Position numbers and translations under genes: made by a program
The notes under the pieces: generated by a model
Database searches by the model: none
Seen by the model: the letters and a program-made list of their open reading frames with translations, nothing else
Told to the model about the DNA's origin: nothing
Assembly: GCA_030390025.1 (NCBI GenBank)
Contig: CM059431.1
Span: forward strand, 99,140,001 to 99,204,000
Direction: 5' to 3'
Source of the DNA: Squalus acanthias
Taxonomy: Eukaryota
Length of the DNA stretch: 64,000 bases
Shown: positions 50,746 through 63,117 of the stretch, piece after piece
How the letters are laid out: each line of letters opens with the position of its first letter
How positions within the stretch are numbered: position 1 is the first letter of the stretch

Positions 50746-51348
50746 GTCTTGGCCAGGAGATTCCTGTGCCCATTAAATATAATTGTGAATCTATAGCCAG
50801 CTGATAGAGGGGTTGATTTTACAAATTGGTGCAGAGTTGAGCGGCAATTGTGACTGTTAAGCTCCGGCTGACATTTTAGAGGGCAGGGGGAGACAGAACA
50901 CGATTCCTTTACCTTCAGTCATCTGTATTTGAACTCAAACCAAATTCAGAGGACAAGGGTCTTCTCTCTCTGTGGGATGTGATGGTCCTATGTGAAGTCG
51001 TCTTTGGGCCATCTTAACCCATTCTCCAAAAGTGCCCAGTGTGTGCCACTATTTGGCAATAAGTCGGGAATCTTGTTCAAAGAGGAGCAAGGTTGGCTGG
51101 TGTGTGAAGTGAAGAATAATCAGTGCTGCAGTAAAGGTCACAGTAGGTCCTCGGGATCGAGTTCAGGAACTTTTACCTGCATCCAATCTGTGTATCCACC
51201 GAGTCCCTCGCTGATGCCCCCTGGTGTAACTCCCAACTCGACATCCTCAAGTCAGAAGACGGCACCATCGTAAAAGTGACCATGAAGCTGTTGGATTGTC
51301 AGAAAAACCCTACTAGTTCATTAATGTCATTCCTTTGTAAATGTCTAG

Positions 51349-51545
51349 GTCACTTCATCAGGGATATTGACCCAAACAGTCCAGCAGAAAATTCCGGGCT
51401 AGTTGATGGCGATCTTCTGGTTGCTGTGGACGGGGATGGTGTTGAACATCTGGATCATGAATGCCTAGTTGATAAGATAACGAAGTGCGGGAACAAGACC
51501 ACATTCCTTGTTGCAGATAGTCTAACGAATGAGCTTTACAAACAG
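51349..51545 (+). CDS. PDZK1: PDZK1 coding exon 5 (PDZ3)
   Basis: Acceptor tctag, donor gtgggt. (G)HFIRDIDPNSPAENSGLVDGDLLVAVDG...TTFLVADSLTNELYKQ; 197 nt. Confidence 0.94.
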
Positions 51546-51829
51546 GTGGGTGAATGAATCATCACGGAGCTAAAGTCAAGCGAGAAAACCTCTTGTGATT
51601 GACCTCAGTTACACCGGGAGTGGAATCTCGAATTGACTGTTAATCCAGATTGAATCTTTCTCTTAAATCAGGACCGTATCAAATTGCAACTCCAGAACTG
51701 TGGAGATTTCGATCACATTTGGTTTTATTCTGATGCATCAAGACGTAATTTTAAGAAGGAATCTAGTTCCTTTCCTGGGAGAGTGTGAACAGAGAGTTCG
51801 TGGTGCTGATTGCTTCATATGTGGACTTG

Positions 51830-52392
51830 TTCTTCTCAGGCAGTCCCTCGGAACCGAGGATGACTTGCTTCCACATTAAAAATGAGTTCTCAGGTAACTG
51901 ATGAGTTCAATGCGGGACCTACAGTGTCTGTCACAGGTGGGGCAGACGGTGGTTGAAGGGGCGGGTGGGTGGGGTGCTTGGGTTGACGTGCGCTCCTTGC
52001 GCTGTTTGCGCTTGGCTTCCGCTTGCTCCCGGCGAAGAGACTCGAGGTGTTCGGCGCCTTCCCGGATACTTCTCCTCCAGGTGGGCCAGAGATTCCCAGG
52101 TGTCGGTGGGGATGTTGCACTTTTTCAAGGAGGCTTTGTGGGTGTCCTTGAAGCGTTTCCTCTGCCCACCTGGGGCTCTCTTGCCATGTCGGAACTCCAA
52201 GTAGAGCGTTTGTTTTGGGAGTCTCGTATCAGACGTGCGAACGATGTGGTCCGTCCATCGGAGCTGATCGAGCGTGGTCAAAGCTTCGATGCTGGGGATG
52301 TTGGCCTGAGCGAGAACACTGATGTTGGTGCGCCTATCTTGCCAATGGATTTGCAGGATCTTGCGGAGGCAGCATTGGTGGTACCTCTCCAG
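51830..52392 (-). mobile_element. RTE-clade LINE fragment
   Basis: QLRWTDHIVRTSDTRLPKQTLYLE..GKRAPGGQRKRFKD..KASLK, typical of the RTE ORF C-terminus. Confidence 0.8.
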
Positions 52393-52904
52393 ACACTATT
52401 TCAATCAGTCACATCACTCTATCACCACCGTAAACATTCACTCCCTCCACCACCGGTGCACCGTGGCTGCAGTGTGTACCATCTACAAGATGCACTGCAG
52501 CAACTCGCCAAGACTTCTTTGGCAGCATCTCCCAAACCCGTGACCTCCACCACCTAGAAGGACAAGGGCAGCAGGCGCATGGGAACACCACCACCTCCAA
52601 GTTCCCCTCCAAGTCACACACCATCCTGACTTGGAAATATATCAGCCGTTCCTTCATCGTCGCTGGGTCAAAATCCTGGAACTCCCTCCCTAACAGCACT
52701 GTGGGAGTACCTTCACCACACGGACTGCAGCGGTTCAAGAAGGCGGCTCACCACCACCTTCTCAAGGGCAATTACGGATGGGCAATAAATGCCGGCCTTG
52801 CCAGAGACGCCCACATCTCAGGAACAAATTTAAAAAAAAATCGGTTTTGCAGCCCTTTATTTGCCCTCCAAAGCTAGCCCCCAAACAACTGTGAATTTTA
52901 AAGA

Positions 52905-53690
52905 AAGACTTGCATTTCTACAGCATCTTTCACGACCCCAGGATGTACCAATGAAGTACTTTTGAAGTGTAGTCACTGTTGTAATGTAGGAAACTCAGCA
53001 GCCAATTTGCGTACAGCAAGATCCCACAAACAGCAATGTGATAATGACCAGTTCATCTGTTTTAGTGATGTTGATTGAGGGATAAATATTGGCCCAGGAC
53101 ACCGGGGAGAACTCCCCTGCTCTTCTTCCAATAGTGCAGTGGGATCTTTTGCGTCCACCTGAGAGAGCAGACGGGGCCTCAGTTTAACATTTATCTGAAA
53201 AGTGGCACACTCCAACAGTGCTGCGCTCCCTCAGTACTGCACCTCCAACAGTGCAGCGCTCCCTCAGTACTGCCCCTCCAACAGTGCGGCGCTCCCTCAG
53301 TACTGCCCCTCCAACAGTGCGGCGCTCCCTCAGTACTGCCCCTCTGACAGTGCAGCGCTCCCTCAGTACGGCCCCTCTGACAGTGCGGCGCTCCCTCAGT
53401 ACTGCCCCTCTGACAGTGCGGCGCTCCCTCAGAACTGCCCCTCCGACAGTGCGGCGCTCCCTCAGTACTGCCCCTCCGACAGTGCGGCGCTCCCTCAGTA
53501 CTGCCCCTCCGACAGTGCGGCGCTCCCTCAGTACTGCCCCTCCGACAGTGCGGCGCTCCCTCAGTACTGCCCCTCTGACAGTGCGGTGCTCCCTCAGTAC
53601 TGCCCCTCCGACAGTGCAGCACTCCCTCAGTGCTGCCTCACCGATAGTGCGGCGCTCCCTCAGTACTGCCCCTCCAAAGTGCACTGGACA
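52905..53690 (-). mobile_element. Same SINE family (head missing) with about 14 copies of the 33-bp unit
   Basis: Core and tail present; array at about 53210-53677 runs directly into the 35-bp satellite. Confidence 0.85.
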
Positions 53691-53802
53691 GTGTGGCACT
53701 GACCCCTGGGTAAATGCACTGGACAGTGTGGCACTGACCCCTGGGTAAATGCACTGGACAGTGTGGCGCTGACCCCTGGGTAAATGCACTGGACAGTGTG
53801 GT

Positions 53803-54468
53803 AATGATATAACAACAGAAAACGCTGGAAAAACTCAGCAGGCCAGGCAGCATCCGTGGAGAGAGAAAGAGAGTTAACGTTTCAGGTCGATGACCTTTCG
53901 TCAGAACTGTGAAGAGCCGGAAATCAAATAGATTTAAGGCCAGAGTAAAGCTGGGAAAAGGGGGAGGGGATAAAAGAACAAAAGGGGAGATGAAGAGACA
54001 TTAAGAGACATTAAGAGATATGCAAGGCTAGAGGTGGTGTTAATGTGACAGATTAAGGCTGAAAGAAGTGTGAAATCCACTGGCAGAATGAAGGACAGCT
54101 GCCAGCTTCTAGGAGGAAAAAAAAGGTGGGGGGGGCAAATAAAAGGATGGAAAAAATAAAATATAAATGTGATTGGAGCTGAGGTTATGATCTAAAATTG
54201 TTGAACTCGATATTGAGTCCAGAGGGCTGTAGCGTGCCTAAACGAAAGATGAGGTGCTGTTCCTCGAGCTTACGCTGCGCTTCCGTGGAACAGTGTAATA
54301 GGCCGAGGACGGTGAGGTCAGAGTGGGAGTGAAGCGGTGAATTAAAGTGACAGGCCACCGGGAGCTCGGGGTCCCCCTTACGGACTGAACGGAGGTGTTC
54401 CGCAAAGCGGTCACCCAATCTGCGTTTGGTCTCCCCAATGTAGAGGAGACCACATCGTGAGCAGCGAA
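53803..54468 (-). mobile_element. 5'-truncated Penelope-like retroelement (GIY-YIG endonuclease C-terminus and 3' region)
   Basis: CIRCSRCGLLYIGETKRRLGDRFAEHLRSV...VACHFN...RKLEEQHLIFRLGTLQPSGLN, stop at 54185, followed by a hammerhead motif. Confidence 0.9.
53872..53908 (-). ncRNA. Minimal hammerhead ribozyme motif in the Penelope 3' region
   Basis: AGTT-CTGACGA-A-AGGTC(atc)GACCT-GAAA-CG-TT-AACT. Confidence 0.78.
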
Positions 54469-55515
54469 TACAGTGTGGCACTGACCCCTGGGTAAATGCA
54501 CTGGACAGTGTGGCACTGACCCCTGGGTAAATGCACTGGACAGTGTGGTACTGACCCCTGGGTAAATGCACTGGACAGTGTGGTACTGACCCCTGGGTAA
54601 ATGCACTGGACAGTGTGGCACTGACCCCTGGGTAAATGTACTGGACAGTGTGGCACTGACCCCTGGGTAAATGTACTGGACAGTGTGGTACTGACCCCTG
54701 GGTAAATGCACTGGACAGTGTGGCACTGACCGTTGGGTAAATGTACTGGACAGTGTGGCACTGACCCCTGGGTAAATGTACTGGACAGTGTGGCACTGAC
54801 CCCTGGGTAAATGTACTGGACAGTGTGGCACTGACCCCTGGGTAAATGTACTGGACAGTGTGGCACTGACCTCTGGGTAAATGTACTGGACAGTGTGGCA
54901 CTGACCTCTGGGTAAATGTACTGGACAGTGTGGCACTGACCCCTGTGTAAATGTACTGGACAGTGTGGCACTGACCCCTGGGTAAATGTACTGGACAGTG
55001 TGGCACTGACCCCTGGGTAAATGTACTGGACAGTGTGGCACTGACCCCTGGGTAAATGCACTGGACAGTGTGGCACTGACCCCTGGGTAAATGCACTGGA
55101 CAGTGTGACACTGAGCTGCACACACCCAATGGGCTCGAGGTTTTTGGCCATTTCTCAGCTCTTTTCTCTCGGAGCTCTGAGCCTTGCAGTACATTTACCC
55201 AGGGGTCAGTGCCACACTGTCCAGTACATTTACCCAAGGCCTATTTTCCACATGACTGTGATTATTGAGAATAATGATTGTGACTAGTAATGATCAGACA
55301 TTTTGATTGTCCATTGTCAGTGGGGGGTGCGGATAAATGTTTTTCTTCCTCCTACGGTGTTGACAGGTACCGAGATTACTTTATTTGCCCACAGCCTGGC
55401 AGATAATCCTGTGACCTCCCCGCAATGAATCATGAAACAATTCCAATGTAGCTGTATAAGATGAAGGTTTAATTAAAGTGGTAAATTACGTCACCTTCTT
55501 AATATCCAATCACAG

Positions 55516-55716
55516 GCTGGCATTTCTCCAATCTGCTACTGGAAAGAAGTTTTTGAATCGCATCGGCCAGCGGAGCGTGAGGAGTCCCGAGAGAGTCAGA
55601 GATTGGTGGACAGTCCTCAGCACAGTCCCAAACTGTGCAACCTCACCAAAGGCCCAGGAGGATACGGCTTCACTCTCAACGCAGTCAAGGGTGTGCAAGG
55701 GCAGTTTATTAAACAG
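55516..55716 (+). CDS. PDZK1: PDZK1 coding exon 6 (linker, start of PDZ4)
   Basis: Acceptor cacag, donor gtacaa. [14 protein letters not shown]...[32 protein letters not shown]; 201 nt. Confidence 0.92.
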
Positions 55717-58214
55717 GTACAAATCCTTCAGCACTTAGAACTTAGAATCGTACAGCACAGAAGGAGGCCATTCGGCCCATCGTGCCTGTACCAGCTCTTT
55801 GAAAGAGCTCTCCAATTAGTCCCACTCTCTCCCCCTGCTCTTTCCCCACAGCCCTGCAAATTTCTCCTTTACAAGTATTTATCCAATTCCCTTTTGAAAG
55901 TTACTATTGAGGGAGTCAGGAAGTGAGCAGAATAGCCAACCTCTGCCTTGCCCTTGTGGCCAGGTTGTTGATACGGCTGGTCCAGTTCAGCTTCTGATCA
56001 ATGGTCACCCTCCCAGAATGCTGATGGTGGGGGATTTGGCTCGAGTTGAAGGTTGGCGAGAGGGGATTTATAAAGCTCCTTTCACATTCCCAGGTGCCCC
56101 AAAGTGTTTCACCGCCAATGAACTACTATTGAAGCGCATTGCTTAGACTAATGCAGGGTGGGCAATGGTGTTCTGCAGAGGGAAGTGGCAAGGTGGAGCG
56201 TTCTGGATCAGTTACGGTTTCCATGGTTACTTGAAGATCATTTCTGTAACCCTTCAGTCAATAATTAACTGTGAAGTCTCTCACTCTGAATCAATATTGG
56301 TATAATATTGAGTTGGCGAGTTAAAGTTACAAGGGCTTGTGAAAATAAACACAAGCAACACTCGAGAAAAATATGATATACAGAAGCCTAAGATCCTAAA
56401 TATGTGGGGATAAGTCAGTTTGTTTGCATTTAAGGCTCGACGGAGAATCACACAGCACAGAAGGAAGCCATTCGGCCCATTGTGCCTGTGCCGGCTCTTT
56501 GAAAGAGCTCTCCAACTAGTCCCACTCTCCCTTTCTCTTTCCCCATAGCCCGGCAAATTGTTTTCCTTTTAAGAACATAAGAACGTAAGAAATAGGAGCA
56601 GGAGTCGGCCATTTGGCCCCTCGAGCCTGCTCCGCCATTCAATAAGATCATATCTGATCTTCTACCTCAACTCCACTTTCCTGCACTATCCCCATATCCC
56701 TCGATTCCCTTAATATTCAAAAATCTATCGATCTCAGTCTTGAAATATACTCAACGACTGAGCCTCCACAGCCCTCTGGGGCAGAGAATTCCAAAGATTC
56801 ACCACCCTCTGAGTGAAGAAATTTCTCCTCATCTCAGTCGATGACCTTTTGTTAGAACTCTCTTCCCCCAAAAGGCTGTTGATGCTGGGGGTCAATTGAA
56901 AATTTCAAAACTGAGATTGATAGATTTTTTTGGGGTAAGGGTATCAAGGGTTACGGAACCAAGGCGGGTAAATGGAGTTCAGGTACAGATCAGCCATGAT
57001 CTAATTGAATGGAGGAACAGGCTCGAGGGCTGAATGGCCTTCTCCTGTTCCACTGGAAGTGAAACTAATTGCACACTGCAATAATGTTCTTTTTTTGTAA
57101 AAAAAAGAACAAAATGCTCCAAAATATATGAGTTACAGGAAGAGGCTCAGGGAGCTGCTGGACTGTCTCCAGTGTGTGGTTTCAATCTATCACACACTGA
57201 ATAATTATGGGGTCACTCCGTACATTTCCCTTCAGATGTTGACGGCTCTAGAACGATCTCGTTGGTTAACACAGAGGCCCTCCAAGCCCAGTGAGGAAAG
57301 GCGAATATTTTGCAAAATGCTGATGTTGAAACATTGGCTGCTGACGTGTATGAAAATAAACATTCTGACAAAAGTTACGAAAGGCATGGGTCAGTGCCAA
57401 ATGTTAAGATTCCCTCCCAGAAAGTGAAAGTTTCATTTTACTCAAAAACTTGGGACAACTTTCTGGAGTGTTAAAGATACTGTGGGGCGTACGACGGAAG
57501 CCGTGAGGGAAGTTTACGCACGAGAGCTTAGTACAACTGATAGGGACACAGGAATCGCTGGATGGTAAAAGACCACGGTCCATCTAGTTCACCCTCTCCC
57601 ATCCTGGTGGTCACATGATCCAACGATAATGGAGTTGTTGACCAATCACAGCGATCAATCTCTGTCAATGAGTCTACAACAGACCCAGACATGAGGCGAG
57701 GAAAACCCCCAGTGGTGGAGAGCTTTGGGAACCAGAGGTCCAAAGTCACCTGTTCCTCCCGAGCTCGCTACACTCACCACACCTCATGTCTCCAATTACT
57801 CAGATACTGGAGCACAAAATATTATTCTCTGACAGAAATCTCTCCAATTTGCATTTGAATGAAATAATACTAACTGCTTCCTATAGATGTGAATAAAAGT
57901 TGTAAAAATTGAGAATGAAAAAGCTAAGGGAAGGGACTGTGGTCTTTGAAAGGCCACAGGGGTGAATGAAAGCAGAGTGTTTGTTTAGGGCGAGTGGGTA
58001 GCCCTGGGTTCAGTTGGCGAGTTGTCACACTGAAGGGAATGAGCTAACTCCAGGCCACAGGAGCAAGTGACTGGGGATTAAGAATGGGGATCAGTGCCAA
58101 CAGGTAGCGGGCCTGCCGGGAAATGGCATCAGCTGTAAAAAAGTCACAATAAGTATTAGGACTGTGGAAAGGAAACAAGTCACAGAGAAAAAGAGGTAGT
58201 TAAGAAATCAGCAC

Positions 58215-59067
58215 AAGAACATAAGAAATAGGAGCAGGAGTCGGCCATTCGACCCTTCGAGCCTGCTCCGCCATTCAATAAGATCTTCGACCTCAACTCC
58301 ACCTTCCCGCACTATCCGCATATCCTCTGGTTCTCTTAGTATCCAAAAATCTATCGACCTCTGTCTTGAATATACTCACTGACTGAGCACCCACAGCCCT
58401 CTGGGGTAGAGAATTTAAAGATTCACAACCCTCTGAGTGAAGAAATTTCTCCTCATCTCAGTCCTAAATAGCCGACCCCTTATCCTGAGACTGTGACCCT
58501 TGGTTCTAGACTCCCCAGCCAGGGGAAACATCCTCCCTGCAGCTACCCTGTCAAGCCCTGTAAGAATTTTGTATGTTTCAATGAGATCACCTCTCATTCT
58601 TCTAAACCCTACAGAATATAGGCCGAGTCTACTCAATCTCTCCTCATAGGACAATCCCCCCATCCCAGGAACCAGTCTGGTGAACCTACGTTGCACTCCC
58701 TCTATGGCAAGTATATCCTTCTTTAGGTAAGGAGACCAAAACTGTACACAATACTCCAGGTGTGGTCTCACCAGGGCCCTATATAATTGCAGTAAGACGT
58801 CTTTACTCTTATATTCAAATCCTCTTGTAATAAAGGCCAACATAACATTTGCTTTCCTAATTGCTTGCTGTACCTGCATGTTAACTTTCAGTGATTCATG
58901 TACAAGGACACCCAGGTCCCTCTGAACACCAACATGTATATCTGAGTATTTATCCAATTCGCTTTTGAAAGTTATTATTGAATCTGCTTCCACCGCCCTT
59001 TCAGGCAGCGAGTTCCAGATCACAACAACTCGCTGTGTAAAAAAAGTTCTCCTCATCTTGCCCCTAG
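58215..59067 (-). mobile_element. Antisense CR1 fragments abutting PDZK1 coding exon 7
   Basis: ORF 58415-59056 with CR1 C-terminal motifs. Confidence 0.85.
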
Positions 59068-59382
59068 GTTGTTAAAGGAGGCTCAGCAGAAGAGGCAGGC
59101 CTGGAAGTGAATGACATACTGATTGAAGTGAATGGTGTCGACGTGCAGACGGACACACACGAAGAATTGGTGGAGAAAATCAATAGCAGTGGGGATAAGC
59201 TGAGCATGCTGGTGGTTGGAAAGGAAGGGTATGATCACTTCAAAGCAAAGAATACTCCAACCTCTCCGACTGTAATCCCAGTGCCAACGCCTGGGCCAGT
59301 TAGTCTTCCCGACAGTATCGAAGAAGAAGACATTTATGAGGAGCCAGTAGCTGACAGCCCTACACAGGAAAGGAGAGAGCAG
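59068..59382 (+). CDS. PDZK1: PDZK1 coding exon 7 (PDZ4 and acidic tail)
   Basis: Acceptor cccctag, donor gtaaat. VVKGGSAEEAGLEVNDILIEVNGVDV...LSMLVVGKEGYDHFKAK...; 315 nt. Confidence 0.93.
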
Positions 59383-60033
59383 GTAAATCACTCAACAACA
59401 ACAACTTGCATGTAGATAGCGCCTTTAACATAGCAAACGTCTCAAGGCGCTTCACAGGAGCGTAATTGACCCCGAGCCACATAAGGAGATATTAGGACAG
59501 ATATCCAAAAACTTGGTCAAAGAGGTAGGTTTTAAAGAACGTCTTAAAGGAAGAGAGAGCAGTGGAGAGGCGAAGAGGGTTAGGGAGGAATTCCAGAGCT
59601 CGGGGCCTCGACAGCTGAAGGCGCGGCTGTCAATGGCGGGGTGATGGAAAACGGGGATGCGCAAAAGGCCAGAATTGGAGAAATGCAGAGTTACACAGAG
59701 TTACATCGTACCTACAACACAGAAACAGGCCATTCAGCCCAACAGGTCTCTGCTCCACACGCGCGCCTCCTCCCACCCTACTTCATCGAACCCCATCAAC
59801 ATCTCCTTCTATTCCTTTCTCCCTCTCGGGGGGTTGTGGGGCTGAAGGAGGTTACAGAAATAGGGAGGGGCGAGGCCATGGAGGGATTTGAACACGAGGG
59901 TAAGATTTGTAAAATTTGAGACATCGCTGGACCAAGAGCCAATGTAGGTCAGCGAACACAGGGGGTGATGGGTGAACGGGACTTGGTGCGAGTTAGGATA
60001 CTTAAATTAAATTCTTTATTATTATTTTTCTAG

Positions 60034-60093
60034 TCCAAGTCGTCCTCCTCATCGTCAGCTGAAGAGGATACAGATGATGATACACAAATGTAA
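60034..60093 (+). CDS. PDZK1: PDZK1 last coding exon
   Basis: Acceptor tttttctag. SKSSSSSSAEEDTDDDTQM*; the Ser-rich end and terminal DTQM resemble the mammalian EDTEM PDZ-binding C-terminus. Confidence 0.88.
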   Translation, partial: SKSSSSSSAEEDTDDDTQM

Positions 60094-61884
60094 AAAGATC
60101 TTAAAAGGAACATACATAGAGGAGCAACACAATCACCTTTCAGCTGCTTTTAACACCTGGGATGATCTGCAGTGGTTTATAGCACAGATTCAATTTTTAT
60201 TGCTAATCAAACTTTGTTCCTCATTTAAGCAAATTTTCTACATTTTCGAAGTAATGATGCTTAATTATTCATATCTTTAAGATTAAATCATAGAATCTTA
60301 CAGCATCGGAGGAGGCCATTTGGCTCAGCGTGCCTGTGCTGGTCCCATTCTCCAAAGACCTGCAATTTTCTCCCCTTCAAGTATTTATCCAATTCCCTTT
60401 TGAAAGTTACTATTGAATCTGCTTCCACCGCCCTTTCAGGCAGCGCGTTCCAGATCACAACAACTCGCTGCGTAAAAAAAAAAGTCTCCTCATCTCCCCT
60501 CTGGTTCTTTTGCTAATTATCTTCAATCTGTGTCCTCTGGTTACCGACCCTCCTGCCACTAGAAACAGTTTCTTCACCAATCCCTTCCGTCAATTGAGCA
60601 AGGGTCCAGTGGACCCCTGTAACTCATGCGTCTCTCACGCTTTCCAATTACCACAACAACTTGCATTCATATAGCACCTTTAATGTAGCTAAATGTCCCA
60701 AGGTGCTTCACAGGAGCGATTATCAAACAAAATTTGATACCGAGCCACATCAGGAGCTATTAGGACAGGTGACCAAAAGCTTGGTCAAATGGTAGGTTTT
60801 AAGGAGCGTCTTAAAGGAGGAAAAAGAGGCAGAGAGTTTTGGGGAGGGAATTCCAGAGCTTAGGGCCTAGGCGCTGAAGGCACCTACACTGCAATTTACC
60901 ATTTCTAAGTCCTAGGAACTTGTCCCTCTCACTTTTGGAGGATTGCAGGAAATCCTTCCTCATGGCGTGTTTCAGAGACACACTCTAAGAGGACAAAAAT
61001 ACTTTCCAACATTGAGCGTAACTTGTTCCCTATGTATTTTATGCACCTTGGTTCTCCCATCCCTATTTACATCAACTAAGTTAACAGGGGTAGAGTCTAA
61101 TCCCTTCATAATTAAAAAAAAACTTCAATAACATCTCCTCTATGAGGATAAAATTCAATGGGGGGGGGGGGGGGGGTGAGGAGGGGAAGAGCATAAAACT
61201 GGCAGTAGTGGATCAGCTCCCCATTATACACCCCGCCCGATTCTCCTCTCCATCTTTCAGTTGAGACGTTAAACCGAGGCCCTATCTGGTAGATGAATGA
61301 GAACCCACGGCCACTATTCGAAGAGCAGGGGAGTTCTCTTCAGTGTCCTGGGGCCAATATTTATCCCTCAACCAATATCACTAAAAACAGATTATCTGGT
61401 CAGTATCACATCGTTGTTTGTGGGTTCTTGCTGTGCGCAAATTGGCTGCCGTGTTTCCTACATTATAACAGTGACTACACTTCAAATGTACTTCATTGGC
61501 TGTAAAGCACTTTAGGTCCTGAGGTCGTGAAAAGTGCCATAGAAATGCAAGTCTTTCTTTAATGATTTATGAACCTTGGTCCCTCTCCTGTTTCCAGGAT
61601 AACCCTGCTTGGAGTATCCCAGACTCAAATGCATTGATCCACCTTGAGAGACATTGTCCCAACTTATCTATATTGGCCCGTAACCTACTTTGATGCAATT
61701 TCTCAACCTCCAACATCTTTACACTTGTGAATGGGCTCCATTAACACCCTCATCGACATCTAAGTGATGGATGAAGATGGTGAATGGCGATGAGAGATTC
61801 GCTGCATGCTCCACATATATTTTTTTTGTCCATTTGTTTTAAGGCACTCCCAGTGGGCCAGACTCCATGGAAGAGGATGGAAGA

Positions 61885-62905
61885 TAGGAACAGGAAGAGG
61901 CCATTCAGCCCCTCGAGCCTGCTCCGCCATTCAAATAGATCATGGTTGATCTGTATCTTAACTCCATTTACCCGCCTTAGTTCCATAGCCCTTAAAACCA
62001 GTTACCCAACAAAAATCTATCGATCTCAGTCTTAAAAGCTCCAATTGACCCCCAGCCTCAACAGCCTTTTGGGGAAGCAAGTTCTGGATTTCCGCTACCC
62101 TTTGTGTGAAGAAGTACTTCCTGTCATCACCCCTGAACGGCCTGGCTCTAATTTTAAGGTGATGCCACCTCGTTCTGGATCCCCCCCCCCCCCCCAACAG
62201 AGGAAATAGTTTCTCTCTCTACCTCATCAACTTCTTTAATCATCTTAAACACCTCAACTAGATCACCCTTTAATCTTCTATACACAAGGGAGTATAAGCC
62301 TGTCTGTGCAACCTATCCTCGTAATTTAATCCTTTTAGCCCCGGTATCATTCTGATGAATCTGCGCTGCCCCCCCTCCAAGGCCAATATATCCTTCCTGA
62401 GTTGTGGTGCCCAGAACTGAACGCGTATATTGGCCTTGGAGGGGATGCAGCACAGATTCACCAGAATGATACCGGGGCTAAAAGGGTTAAATTATTAGGA
62501 CAGGTTGCATAGACTAGGCTTGTATTCCCTTGGGTATAGAAGATTGAGGGGTGATCTGATCGAGGTGTTTAAAATGTTAAGGGAATTCGACAGGGTAGAT
62601 AGAGAGAAACTATTTCCTGTGATGGGGGAATCAAGAACAAGGCAACATAATCTTAAAATTAGAGCTAGGTCATTTAGGAGGGAGATCAGGAAGCACTTCT
62701 TCACACAAAGGGTAGTAGAAATCTGGAACTCTCTTCCCCCAAAAGGCTGTGGAACAATTAGAGCTTTCAAGTCTGAATTAGATAGATTTTTGTTGGGTAA
62801 GGGTATCAAGGGATGTGGAGCAAAGGCAGGTAAATGGAGTTGAGGTACAGATCAACCATGACCTAATTGCTCGAGGGGCTGAATGGCCTCCTCCTGTTCC
62901 TATGA
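61885..62905. mobile_element. Head-to-head pair of CR1 3' fragments
   Basis: Antisense copy at about 61885-62420 and sense copy at about 62427-62905 cover the same consensus region. Confidence 0.8.
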
Positions 62906-63094
62906 GTCCTGAAGAGGAAAATGTCCTTCCATATGGCCCAATTGTGTTAGATTCAATTATGAAGAGTGTCCTGAGGATCAAGCTGCACATTTTAGATGCA
63001 GTATTTATGACAGACTTTCTATCTGTAAATAGTAGCATCAAACTATTGTGAAACTTTCAATGAACAGAACCTGCATCTTTGATTGCTTTTCTGA

Positions 63095-63117
63095 AATAAA
63101 AAGGGCAGCTTAATAAA
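63095..63117 (+). terminator. Candidate polyadenylation signals for PDZK1
   Basis: Two AATAAA at 63095-63100 and 63112-63117 in AT-rich unique sequence downstream of the stop codon. Confidence 0.3.

Larger units (their letters stand above)
53680..55110. repeat. 35-bp minisatellite split by the Penelope fragment (53680-53802 and 54469-55110)
   Basis: Unit gcactggacagtgtggcactgacccctgggtaaat; inverted partial copy at about 55187-55236. Confidence 0.95.

Noticed and set aside
54185..55237. 350-aa ORF fusing a repeat to a GIY-YIG domain as a novel gene
   Set aside because: Chance in-frame junction of a satellite with a truncated Penelope fragment; no splice or promoter support.
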